DNA of 63,640 nucleotides, counting the filler, from Choristocarpus tenellus KU-1152 (lineage: Eukaryota > Protista > Phaeophyceae), in NCBI GenBank assembly GCA_964200185.2. It is 11 parts of 11 records of this genome, joined end to end, with 100 filler letters (N's around TTAATTAATTAA, not from the genome) between each part and the next. Parts side by side here need not be neighbours in the genome. Positions count along the whole stretch, not along the records: positions 51,042 to 54,996 come from CAXNAD020016951.1; positions 55,097 to 61,008 come from CAXNAD020009436.1; positions 61,109 to 63,640 come from CAXNAD020027005.1; 8 more parts are not named here. One strand, given 5' to 3'. Below the pieces are notes generated by a model. That model saw only the letters and a list, made by a program, of their open reading frames with translations. It did not search any database and was not told where the DNA came from. Made by a program: the position numbers and the translations under genes. This document shows, in pieces, positions 51,297 to 62,806 of the stretch. Positions within the stretch are counted from its first letter, which is position 1; each line of letters starts with the position of its first letter.

Positions 51297-51639
51297 TCTT
51301 GCTATTTTTGAAAAGGTTGCCCAACGAGGTAATCGACGATCAGCATATCAAATGAAAGCTCGTGATCTAGGCTATCGATTTACGAAAAGAAATTCTTCTG
51401 AAAAATATTATTGGTTTTGATAATTCATTCTGAAATGTTCATCTTCAAGGTTGTGCCGAAAACTTTCGGTTAAACTTTAATCTTACCAAAATAATTTTGC
51501 GAAAGAACCCCTTTCCGCAAATCGATACCTTAGATCAAGAGCTTTCATTCGATATGCTGGTCATCGATTAACTCGTTGGGCAACCTTTCAAAAAAATATC
51601 AAGACCAGTCTGATCCTAGAGGTGATTGTCAACACTATA
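51297..51639. mobile_element. Fold-back element related to family D
   Basis: Inverted arms of about 90-100 bp (TTTTGAAAAGGTTGCCCAACGAG..CAGCATATCAAATGAAAGCTC / GAGCTTTCATTCGATATGCTG..CTCGTTGGGCAACCTTTTCAAAA) are followed by a D-type TIR, TCCTAGAGGTGATTGTCAACACTATA. Confidence 0.8.
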
Positions 51640-51646
51640 CCCATCC

Positions 51647-52991
51647 TGTCGTGTTGGCAGTTGCCTCTAGGACAGAATTTGTCCTGCTCTAACTTTTTGC
51701 TCGGAGTGGAGTTTTTCGTCGAAATATAGTTTGATGTGACTTTTGAACCACTCCTAATATTATTAGATAGGTTGGAGTTGGTTGTGGTGCGATGGGCGAG
51801 AAGGCCATTTTCCTCACTAAAATCAAGTTACATAGATGGGTGAAAGTATCTTAGAGGGTACGGGTTTTTCCCTGTTTGTCCATTTGGGACTTGGTTTCCC
51901 ACGGGGTATAAATGACATTTTACCTACTCCGAAATGTTTTGGAGTAGTTAAAATGTATACGCTATCAAAAGGTGTGTCTGGAACAAGGATATTGACATCT
52001 ACTAAGAAACACAATAGCATAAGTTACATCAAAATTGTAGCATTGGATTTTGGCCCCCAAATGGACGCGGCCCTACCCTCCAAGATAATTTGACTCAGAT
52101 ATCCGTCCGTCTGTTGTCCAGTATATGGCTTGAAGGGCTGTTTCTCCTCTCCCAGGACGAGTTTTCTCACGGGAGAAGAAGAGTCGTGATCCTCCATGTC
52201 TCATCTGTTTCTGTGCAATCCTAAACTTTTCATTGTTGTTGTAGCTCCACTGTTACGCCTAGGCCACTGTCATCAGACAGTGGCCAGCCAGCCAGTCCAT
52301 ATCATCGAGCTTCACCAATAATATACACTCCCCGCCGTAGTCGCGACCCCTCTTTGATTTCTTGTTCCGCAGTGATTGACTGGTCCACACGATCAAGCAT
52401 GAGTCCCCCTCTCGACAAACGGCAATCACCAGCGTGTACGCTCTGCCCAACCTCACCCTTCGACTTCTGTGAAACTTGAAGCCCGGAGGTAGAGACTGCA
52501 CCACGATATCCAGCATGTCCTTCGACAGAGGGGCTTCTGCAGCCATTGTGCCGAGTTCTGCGTGGACATTCTACGTTGTAGTGAGCTGCGTGCGAAGATT
52601 AAGCTCCAAAGCCTTGCACATTATATTGTTAACAGTCACCTTTATGATAGTGTCACACGTCTTGATTAATTTCGAGGTAATAAAAGGCGACCCGATTGGT
52701 GATAAGCATATCAAATTAAAGCTGAGATCATAAGCAATCGATTGGCGCAAAGAAATCTGGTCACAAGAAAGTCTAGATATGATTTTCAGCGATTTATTTT
52801 GGCAATTCAACCGAACCTTTCGGCATTTCCTAACTCAACACAAAGTAATTGGTGACCGGATTTCTTTGCGCCAATTGAAAGCATTTGGTCTCAGCTATAA
52901 TGTGATATGCTGATCACCGATCAGGACGCCTTACATCACCTCGAAATCAATCAAGGCTGGTCATATCCTAGAGGCGACTGCCAACGCCATA
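51647..52991 (-). mobile_element. Second family D element, carrying a nested family A MITE
   Basis: TIRs GTGTTGGCAGTTGCCTCTAGGA ... TCCTAGAGGCGACTGCCAACGCCATA. Inverted homolog of 40631-41706, with a relic ORF at 52546-52259. Confidence 0.88.
51838..52096 (+). mobile_element. MITE family A nested in family D
   Basis: TSD AGAT (51834-51837, 52097-52100). The element is absent at the paralogous site near 41510. Confidence 0.95.
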
Positions 52992-53123
52992 CTGTTGTTT
53001 CTGTTCCGCTAGAGTACTATTTCTTCCTCTTGTCTTATTTATTTTTGATATCGTCTACCCCTATGTTCGGTCAAATTTTGAAGGACCATCGCCATTTCGG
53101 GACTTGTTGAAGAAGGCTCTATT

Positions 53124-53386
53124 TAGCCAAACCAATTGAGAGGTAGGCACGTTTGAACTCTTTTGCAGTTCAAGTCATCTTTGCTACTGTGCCTGCGCAA
53201 TACACTATTTGCTTGCTTTATGTGCACAATTAGTGTGAGCAAAATTGATACTTTCCTTTTCCACTCACAAAGTGACACCGAACAAGTCAGCAAGGCTCGT
53301 TCTGCAATTGTACAAAGTGGGATATTTCTGTCCTTTCTCACAATCCTTAAAATGCAACCCTACCTACCTCTCAGTTGGTTTGACTT
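53124..53386 (-). mobile_element. MITE family B
   Basis: TIRs AGCCAAACCAATTGAGAGGTAGG / CCTACCTCTCAGTTGGTTTGACT. Confidence 0.82.
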
Positions 53387-53836
53387 GGTAGTGAAAGCGA
53401 ATCGTTGTGATGTGAGTCAAAATAAGCGAGAGGTACCCGGTTAAGAACGGTGACAAATATGTGCGAAATGAATATATTTTTGCAAATAAATGTGTGTAGG
53501 ATACATTCTAAATTGTGTCAAAATTTTTCCTATAGTAGAGAAGTAAAATTCTGGGGTCAATCAAACACACTACTTCATCCATACAAGTATGGATGAATTG
53601 CGAACGATTGAAAAACTTGCTTAAAATGCAAAACGACCAAAACCTGGGTAACTCTCCTTTAATTTGGACCTGTATGTCTGTCGCTGTTGTTGTTGACCTC
53701 TTGTAATCACAATCCATTTGTAGCTGAGAGATTAGGAAAACCCCCACACCATAGAAAACATTGTTGTCCCCGTCCCGTCCCCCTTGGTGTAATAAGCAGT
53801 GTTAACGTAACTACTACTTAGAAATCCTTCGTTCAA

Positions 53837-54095
53837 GAGTGAAAGTATCTTAGAGGGTACGAGTTTTGCCCTGTTTGTCCATTTGGGGCTTGGCTCCCCA
53901 TGGTTTTTTTTATGACATTTTCCTACTCCAAAGTGTTTTGGAGTAGGTAAAATGTACATGTTATGAAAATGTGTGTCCGAAGCAAGGAAATTGACACTTC
54001 CTAACAAACACGATAGCCAATTTTTCATCAAAATTGCAACAATGGATTTTGACCTCCAAATGGACGTGTTCCTACCCTCTAAGATACTTTGGCTC
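53837..54095 (+). mobile_element. MITE family A
   Basis: Full-length copy with TSD TCAA (53833-53836, 54096-54099). Confidence 0.95.
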
Positions 54096-54820
54096 TCAAT
54101 ACATACGTTTTTGTCTCTGTGACTTTCCTTAGATTTTTGCACTTGGGATTCAAGTTGCATATGGGTGAGAGAGCCGATTTAGGTGAGGGATAGTTGCTTG
54201 CTATTGTTGTTGTTGCTGTGTGGTGAATGCCTGTTTTTGTTTTCATGTTATATCAGCACAGCAGACAGCGAGTGGTTTGACATTGTGCATCTGTTACAGG
54301 CGAATAGTGCAAGCATTTCTTCTCGTGTTCTACCAAGCGCGAGCAGTATACGCAACTAAGGATTCTTACAAGAGGAACTCCGATTTACTAGAAGGTGCAG
54401 AATAGGATTTGTAACGCGTAGGTAGCCGACTTACTAGAAGTTCCAGAAAAGATTTGTGATTTGAGTGTGCATAAAATGGCTTGAAGATGTCTTTCAATTT
54501 GTAGTCTGTAGAAATTGGGTGGGTGATCATAATAAAAGAAGTATCGTGGTGACCACACAAGACACTCTCTTTTAATCTTTTCTTTGACAAGTAAATTTGA
54601 GATGAAAGCGTTAGCTGACACCCGAATGTGGTCATCGACACTGAGAAGTACCCCCTGCTCTGCTAGCCAGACGTGCGCTGGACTCCCTTGACTCTTAGAG
54701 TGTCCCAGTAGCGTCTTTTAAAGGTTTTGAGATTGGAGCTGTATATCCTATGGAGGTAGGTTCTGGAGCGTGTTGTAACATCTCTTCAACACCACATCAC
54801 TTTGTACTACTAGTAGTGCC

Positions 54821-54996
54821 GAGTGAAAGTATCTTAGAGGGTACGATTTTCGCCCTGTTTGTCTATTTGAGGCTTGGCTTCTCTCAGGGTTTTTATGACA
54901 TTTTCCTACTCCAAAATATTTAGGAGTAGGTAAAATGTATACGTTATGGAAATGTGTGTCTGGAACAAGGATATTGACAGTTTAAAACAAACACGA
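54821..54996 (+). mobile_element. MITE family A cut by the contig end
   Basis: GAGTGAAAGTATCTTAGAGGGTAC followed by the family A body. Confidence 0.9.
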
Positions 54997-55109
54997 NNNN
55001 NNNNNNNNNNNNNNNNNNNNNNNNNNNNNNNNNNNNNNNNTTAATTAATTAANNNNNNNNNNNNNNNNNNNNNNNNNNNNNNNNNNNNNNNNNNNNAAAA
55101 GAAGGAAAA

Positions 55110-55218
55110 GTGCATTTACATTATCCATCCGACGTATGGAACCAAATCGCCCAAAAATTGTGACATGAAAAAATTGACCCCAAATGGACAGCCACCACCC
55201 CCCCAGATATTTTGAGCC
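55110..55218. mobile_element. MITE family C fragment; further fragments at ~60845-61008, ~20879, ~33617, ~57078 and ~63611
   Basis: AAAAATTGACCCCAAATGGACAGCCACCACCCCCCCAGATATTTTGAGCC matches the family C end. Confidence 0.8.
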
Positions 55219-56568
55219 AATTCGGCAAAGGCTCTTTATGCAATTGTACAAAATAACCCATGTTTTTTCCCTTTCTTGGGATCCTTAAAATACAAATCCT
55301 ACATAGTCTCAGTCGTTTTGACTCTGTCTACTATTCTGAAATACTACATTCTTCTTCAGTGGGATTATTTACTGATAATATGCATGATACACAGGAGAAG
55401 GATAGCAATTTGCCAACCCTTTGGTTTAAACCAAGTGGGTGGGTTCTTTCTTGGGCATATCCTCCGGAATGCACACTTTTGTGTGTGTGTGTGTGTGTGT
55501 GTGTTTCTCTGGTTGACAGAATGAATTATGTACACTTCCAATCAATCTCTTCTGGTCAACAAACACACACGGTATACATGTTTGCAATCCAGTCTTTCAA
55601 ACTTCGTCAAATGTAAAAAGGGGCTGCCAAGGTATTATATTTGCCCTGCTTTTCCAAGACATATGGAACCCTTTCGTTGCATCACAGATATCCTTATATG
55701 TGGTGTACCTTAAACACAACCATACTTGCGATAGATCTTTGACCTGGAAATATGGAGTGATGTTCAGATCTTAACACACCCATTCAGTGGGGTTTTAGTC
55801 TTTTAGAAAAGAGACAAGACAGCACAGTTGCTGTAGTTTCTCCATGCATAGGAAAGCCTAAGCAGTTGAATCCTTGTCATGGTGCATGCATATGATGCCA
55901 AAACAGAGGTTACAATATATGTCACCTCTGTCAAACTAAGCTGTAAAAGGAATGGCAAAAATGCACAAGCTCAAACACACAGTCAGCACCTGGCAGTATC
56001 TTGGAAGTACACAACTTCCCACCTCTCTCAAGATTTTGGTTCAGTTTCCACTTTATTTAATATATGAATTTAACCCACAACAACTCTCCCCCTACTGACA
56101 TTAAACTCCCTTGAAAGCCTTGTCCTATCGCACATACATGCTATTTACTCCCCTGTGTGATAATGCCCTGCTCATCTGTTGGACATCACGTCTGTGCACC
56201 TCTATTCCCAACTTCCCCAGCATGCAGGAGAGAAATGTAACATTGATTATAATGTATCATAAAATGGAAAATATGTAATGATTTGATTGGATATAATAGT
56301 AAACACTATAAAGAAAAACAACATTTTTCCAGTGGAACAGCTTATGTAGTGCATTGGATCAATAGGAGAGACATTGCTACCTTCACATTTCTTGCACTAT
56401 CAATCTTGTCAATATTATTCTCATTAGTTCGAATCGTTTTACTTGTGATATTTTTTCAATGTAATGATGTATTTTGTCTTGACAAAGGACCCCTCATGCT
56501 CCGCCTATTCATTCTCAAGATGTGTGTTATGCAAAGCGAATAGTAAAAGTAAATTTTCTGGAGCTCAC

Positions 56569-59500
56569 CTCAGAAGAGGCATGCACGTTCCTTTCTGCTT
56601 TGTCAGCCTCATGGACTGCCTGCAGGTATACGTTACGTGCTTTTTCTGCTACTCTCGATTGTGCTGAGGTCATCTCTCTTGCGACCTTGCCTCAATTTTC
56701 GGAATACGTTATGGGGGGTACAGAGGTTGGGAGAGAAGAAGGAAGGGAGCAGGCAGAAGACAAATGGTAGAAGATACTTGACTCTAGTACATGGAGTAGG
56801 GTGAAGTCGGTGGAATCAAGAGGACTGGTTTGCTGACTAGCTTCTGATACACATATTGTCCTGAGAAGAGGGTGTATCCAGTTCTCGCATGATGAAAGAG
56901 TTCTAAAGAGGATGTATATATGTAGCCAGACCATTCTTGCTACAACCTGCCATTCCTCATACCATATATCCTGAGTGCTAGGAAGGTATATGATGCTGTT
57001 ACTATACATATGTACCCCGAAGTATAAAATATATTTTGTGGTGGGTGTAGAGTCCTCATCTCATCCCCAACGAAGACCTAAAGTATCCTAGAGGGGGGTT
57101 CAGGCATCCATTTGGACCTTTGTGACCCTGTAGTGATTTCTTGACGTTTGGGTAAACATGTCAGATGTAAGGGCAATTCCTTTCTCTGAACGCCTTCCTT
57201 TTCCACCCCCTGCCTGGACCAACTCTGAAGAAAATCACCCACAAGCGATATTGAACAGGGGTGTTAATAAATCACCCCTTCAAGCCTTGAATAGATGACC
57301 TGGCTTGACCTCCCCTCCCCCCCTTCTAGGATACTATGGGCTGAATATATCAACAGTCAAAATGATTCACCTGTGCCTCTTTTGATACCCTGGCAAGTTC
57401 CTGCTTTTTCTCCTCTGGTTGTGCCATGGGACCCAATGGCTGAGTGTCAAACCATGCCTCCAGGGCGGCTAATTGACTGTTAGCTGCCTGCTCCCACAGT
57501 TGACATAATACTACCATTCTTGAGAAGACAGGTGTAAAGAAGCTTTGGGATAATAATATACAGTGCATGAACTCAGGAGCTGTACTATAGTTACATACTC
57601 AGGATAGCAGTGACAATGCCAAATGTTTACACTGCACTGTGCAGTTGGAGGAGGTATCTATTTTAAAGTACAGAAAGCTACTACAGATAACTATCTACCC
57701 ACTTCAATAAAGACTCAGTATGTTAGAGCTAATAGTGCCATTCTTGTTCATACAAATAGAGGACGGTTCTCAAATGCCGTCCTTCTGCATTTGCTGTAGA
57801 GTATCTCTCCATGGAACAGGAAAGCATGTCAGAGGGTCGCTTTGCTAAAATAATTTTGATCCAAGTCGCCCATTTGTTTCAGGTAGTTAGGAAAGGTAAG
57901 GGGCAGATAAAATTGAGAGGAAGGCAATGCCAATCCTTTACTGCTCACTATAAAGTGGAAACGAGGCAATGCAGAGGTAATGTTCAACATTTTCGCCCAA
58001 TCTTCTACATCAATTTTTTGGCACCGTATTATCCATCCTAATTACATAGCCATTAATCCATCTAAAAACAACCATGGTGAAAAACGTTGCCCTCGTGCTC
58101 TGTTCACCTGGATCACATCACTGACAACTCCCTGCAAACTTCACCTTTGGGCTTCCATTTCCTTGAAACACTCACATTTAATCAAACGGTAGTTTTGAGG
58201 ACTCCGTGATTTTGTAGGGGCCAACATATTGACACGAGAGGGATATCTTCAGGTATGTACCTAAATATCTGTGCGACTGCCTAAACACATTTTTAGAGAC
58301 AGTGTTGGGGGCATTATTTGGTTGTGAGAGATTGTCATGACTAGCTGCTACGCATTCCCCTACCTACATTGGCGAATGCCCCAACTTTCGCTACTCCATC
58401 ACTCTCAACCAAAGTCATAGCCATGCTGCAGATGATAAATGAGAGATCTACTTCTTCGCTCGCCCCTTCTTACCTCACTTTTTGCAACTAGTTCCTTTGC
58501 CTTGTCTTCCTCCATATCAAACACGGCCTCTGCCTCAATGGCCGCTTGTCGCTTCGCTTCGCACTCTGTACCGGCTCGCCACAGTCTTGCATTGAGCATA
58601 CGGGCCTACCCACCCGAGTCATTTCCCACGTTTTGAGGGTATGGGGAAGGTAGGAGAGAATGTTACGTACTCGGGAAGAAGTCATAGAGGGAGGAAGAAA
58701 TTACCAATATTGTACGATTGAGGAAGTGTGCGTGCTACTATCCCAGATTGGGATTGCCCGATGCAGAACCATGCTTCAATACAATCGTCAAGGTACTGTC
58801 AATCTAGATGTGTATTTGAACTTCTTTATTTTGTGCGTCTGCTCGCACCTGGATCTCTCGCCCACGACTGGTACTTTTCTCTCCTGGCCTCACCCCAACA
58901 TCCGCATGTGACATGATGATCGCCATTTCCTTGTCCGACTCATCGCGTTCAGAACAAATGCCGTCATCTTCATCCTCAATGCTTCGAAGAGATTTCTCCC
59001 ACGCAGGGCCCTGTTCGAAATCCATGTCTATCAGTTTCTTTTTGGCGATTGATCGCCTCCAAGCGTGTTAGATCAAGCCGTCGGTTTCTCTGTTAATTTG
59101 ATTTAATAATGAATTTGACTGTATTACTGTTTTAAATGAAGTTTTCTTAAAGGGTCAGGGATATACATTAATTATAGTTGTGATATAGTGGTACTATTAG
59201 CTTTGCCCTGTACAATTGTCCCATCATAACTTTTGATGTCGGATTAAAAAACAAAAGCATGTTCGTGATGCCCGTCACAAGGCCCTCCAGAGTACGAACT
59301 TTGTTTTTTTTTCAGACATTTTTTTCTTTATTAAAGAGCTCCTCATCTTCCCTGCTTCACGACCTCTTTGAAGTAAAGGATTTGGTGGCATCGAAAAGTC
59401 TCCACAGCTGCCTTTGTTACGATCGCTTTCTCCTCCACCTTGTGAGTCCTTTCGACCTTCTTTCGGACTTTCAGAACTCTTGTACCCCAACCCTAACATG

Positions 59501-59690
59501 TTCTTTCTCGTTTCCTTAAGCCACTCTGGCTCGCATAGCTTCCAATCAGCCAGGGCCTGCTGCAACAACTGTGGACTACTAAGATATTCTACACCCAGGT
59601 TTTCACTTAGGCGTTTCCTGAGCGCAATGGCACACAGTCGCACTGCTCTCTTCCCTAATCTTCCCTTCGGGTGGCAACCCGAAGTTGTTG
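56569..59690 (-). CDS. Partial multi-exon protein with charged, coiled-coil-like segments; function unknown
   Basis: Phase-0 exons at 56685-56569 (VAREMTSAQSRVAEKARNVYLQAVHEADKAE..), 58605-58474 (..EAKRQAAIEAEAVFDMEEDKAKELVAKSE) and ~59025-58849. A probable upstream exon lies at ~59690-59365. Confidence 0.65.
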
Positions 59691-59989
59691 GCTTTAGAAC
59701 GATATTTTTTGTTTTTTCTGAAGCTCACATTTGAATACGTTTTTCACAAAAAACCACAATACAGAGTTATGAGATAGAGTATTATATTGTTGTGTCCTCT
59801 GACATTTTGCACATGTGTCAGGGGAAAAGCCAAACCAAAACCACAAGGACCCCTGAAAAAAGTGACAGTTGTCGAATATGTGAAAGCTATCTCTCCAAAC
59901 CTATTTACTATTTGAGTACCAGCTATGTTACAACACTACCTTAAAGGCTCATAATTACAATGTTACGTGTACACTGTTGATATTCCTCC

Positions 59990-60250
59990 AACATAGCTTT
60001 AGCCCCACACAACTGGGCGAGAAGCTAGGGAAGTATCACAAGTTCTGACAGGCCCCTCCCTCTCTGCCCATCAGTGCATGATACGTCTTGAGAGAGTCAC
60101 TTGTGTAGTGACAGACACTATCTGTCGTAAGCAGGATTTGGCAGCCTCTTTCCTGCTAGAACCTCCCGCCCCTCTTCCCCCTACTGCGTGCGTATCCAAC
60201 TCATCCAGAAAATGTTCAGCTTGCTCCGAGGCGCCCAAAACTTTCCACCT
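59990..60250 (-). mobile_element. 3' remnant of an RLE-endonuclease non-LTR retrotransposon (CRE/R2-group-like)
   Basis: With one frameshift it reads VESFGRLG/EQAEHFLDELDTHAVGGRG..AAKSCLRQIVSVTTQVTLSRRIMH*, resembling the PxxxExxGxxG...(L/I)SVxxQ end of RLE domains. Confidence 0.65.
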
Positions 60251-60418
60251 GGAAGTTGTTGAGGTTAAAACTACGCGGGTTAAGAACCCTCGTAATATTG
60301 TAGGAAAGGGGTCGCCAAGTCTCGTTTGCGATAACAGATAATAGCTGTTACTTCACAAGTAGATACTCCTCTCACCTTTTTAGTAAACCGTAGGTAGGTT
60401 TAGAAGGGTAGTAGTAGC

Positions 60419-60620
60419 ATGGTGGAAAGTCTTAGGCGCCTCGGTAAGCAAACAAAAAGCTTTGTGAATGAGTTGGCTACGCACATGGTAGAGGGGAGAG
60501 GGGCAGGAGGCTATAGGAGGAAAGGGGCTGTCAAATCCCGTCTATGAAAGATATTGTCTGTCATGACACAAGTGTTTCTATCTAGACGTGTCATGCGTTT
60601 TAAGCTGGAGACATCAGGGG
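60419..60620 (+). mobile_element. Second, oppositely oriented RLE-type LINE 3' remnant
   Basis: VESLRRLGKQTKSFVNELATHMVEGRGAGG..AVKSRL*KILSVMTQVFLSRRVMRFKL, homologous at the DNA level to the reverse complement of 60076-60250. Confidence 0.65.
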
Positions 60621-61222
60621 GGTGGGCAAGGAGGGGCTTGTTAGTTCTTGGCATGCTTTCCTACCTCCTCACCCTGGGGTGCAGGACTGAGCTAGGTTGG
60701 AGGTACAGGATGACGGTGATGTGGCATAGCTGGTAGAAAAATAGTAAGTAGATGATAGATGTATTTCACATTTACAACAACCGTTACTTTTTCAGGGGTT
60801 TCGATATTTGAATGTTTTTCATTGGTTTTTCCTCAGACACGTCTGGCTCAAAGTATTTGGGGGTGGGGGTGGTAGCTGTCCATTTGGGGTCAATTTTTTT
60901 GTGTCGCCATTTTTGGGTGATTTGGTTCCATACGTCGGATGGATGATGAAAGTGCACTTTTCCTGCTTATGACCCAAATGGCTCAAAGTATCTGGGAGGG
61001 GGTGGCGGNNNNNNNNNNNNNNNNNNNNNNNNNNNNNNNNNNNNNNNNNNNNTTAATTAATTAANNNNNNNNNNNNNNNNNNNNNNNNNNNNNNNNNNNN
61101 NNNNNNNNCTGAACAAAACAGAACACAGTAGTCGTTGATCCCCCCCTCACACCCTGAATCCTCCCTCATTCCACTTGACACCTACCCTCCATCCCACCCC
61201 TTGCATGCATGCTATTGCTGAC

Positions 61223-62806
61223 CTATGAAGCAGCTTCGGAAGACCTTCAGGCGATGGTGGCGATCTCGAACCTCCAGCTCACGCCTCATCCTTCTCGAAA
61301 TGCGGGTAAGGTGCTCCACCTCCTCAAGGGATCGGCTCCCTGGCGCCATCAGAGCCTCCGCAAAGGCTATCCCCTCACGCAAAGCCTGCAACCACATAGA
61401 ACGCTCCTGACCCAGGGGAAGGGGGGGAAAGAGGGGGAATCAATTTTGAGGGATTGAGGAATGTTGCAGAATGAATGCATGCAATGATAGTGAAAAGCAG
61501 AGCACCTCCATTGTTGTTCATGTTCATCATTATACCATATTCCCCCACCCTGTCCCAGGATAAACACAAGGCAGTCTTTTGATCTAGCTGGCAACTAATC
61601 CCTGACAAAATTTCTGACTATCAAATCAGGGTTCAGCAAAACAGTATGGCAGATGGTTTCAAGAAAATCACTGACAGTACAAGTCACACCCAAAAGGCAT
61701 GGTACTAAACCCTCTTGCACAGTAATACCATATACCCAGCTAATATCGGTCCCTACATATAATTACCCGACCCTCTTCAAGTTATAATGAACGTTTCCCA
61801 TCTTGACATGGTCTACGTGCTTATGGGGCATGATGGGGGGATGAGGGTAAAGGTTCAGATGGGCAAATACAATTGCAGAAGATGGTTGGGGAAGGGGGGG
61901 AGAATGTGCAGTAGTTCCATGGCTCAATTCCATACACATACACCCAAACTCTATATTTGCAAGATGTCTTTGAATCCACACAACTACAATATGTATGTGA
62001 TGTCACTTATGAACAACAGTCGATCACTGCTATACTTCATTGCCTCCGATTGGTCAAGGCAACAACAACAAAAATGATCACAAACTGGCACACATTTTCA
62101 GTTGTAAGAGCTGCAGCAAATACTGTAAGGGGGGTACAGTCACTAAAAGCTCGAGAGCTCCACCCTAAGACGCTAAATGCATGGTCACCCTTCATACCGA
62201 TGTTATACACACAGAATAGGGCTTTGTTCATACTTACCATTATATACTTCCCCGACGCATGAGCATCAGGCTTTTTCGGTGCACGTATGACTCCAAAAGA
62301 AAAAAAAACATTAAAGAAAAACATGAATGTTTCACACCTTGGGAGGCATTTTAGGCATCACATGTGGGATTTCTCCATGCCCTACTGCAACCTTTTGTGT
62401 GTCATATACATGCTTTCGTGCATATCCAAACACCTTAGGCTCTACTGCCAGAACATTCCACCAATTAATGTTTTTTCATGACCTGTGGAGGCATACACAC
62501 TGACCACACCAAAGCACAACCCACTTTCTTGCTGTTCGCTGCCAGCAGCCATATCTGCTGCTGGTCTCCCGTAGCACCTTTCTCCATCCCTTCCTTACCC
62601 CCTCCCCCAACTATCCCTCGTGCTCCAGCTCCACCAGCTTCACTAGGAGTCCCTCCATCCCCCTTCCCCCCCCCAGCCCCTACTCCTACCCCTACCCCTA
62701 CCCCACCTCGGCCCCTGGTCAATCGAAAGGCGAATCTTCCATCCCACTGTCCCTCTGCCAGGGCTTCCACCTCTGCCTCCTGGAGGTTAAACTCCACATG
62801 ATCTGT
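61223..62806 (-). CDS. Internal exons of a PH-domain + DEP-domain protein
   Basis: Exon ~62806-62525 (FNLQEAEVEAL..FAFRLT..IWLLAANSKK) splices to 61406-61223 (ERSMWLQAL.. then LEVRDRHHRLKVFRSCFIG). This gives a PH C-terminal helix with the invariant W followed by the DEP N-terminal motif. Confidence 0.8.

Noticed and set aside
51823-54160. Recurrent ORFs such as SILEGT..FVHLGLG and PTPKHFGVG suggesting a multicopy small protein
   Set aside because: They are translations of MITE A, and their starts, stops and frames are not conserved between copies.
12069-61108. Regularly recurring TTAATTAATTAA palindrome between N runs
   Set aside because: It is an artificial six-frame-stop linker used to concatenate contigs, not a biological motif. 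It also invalidates gene-neighbourhood arguments across contigs.
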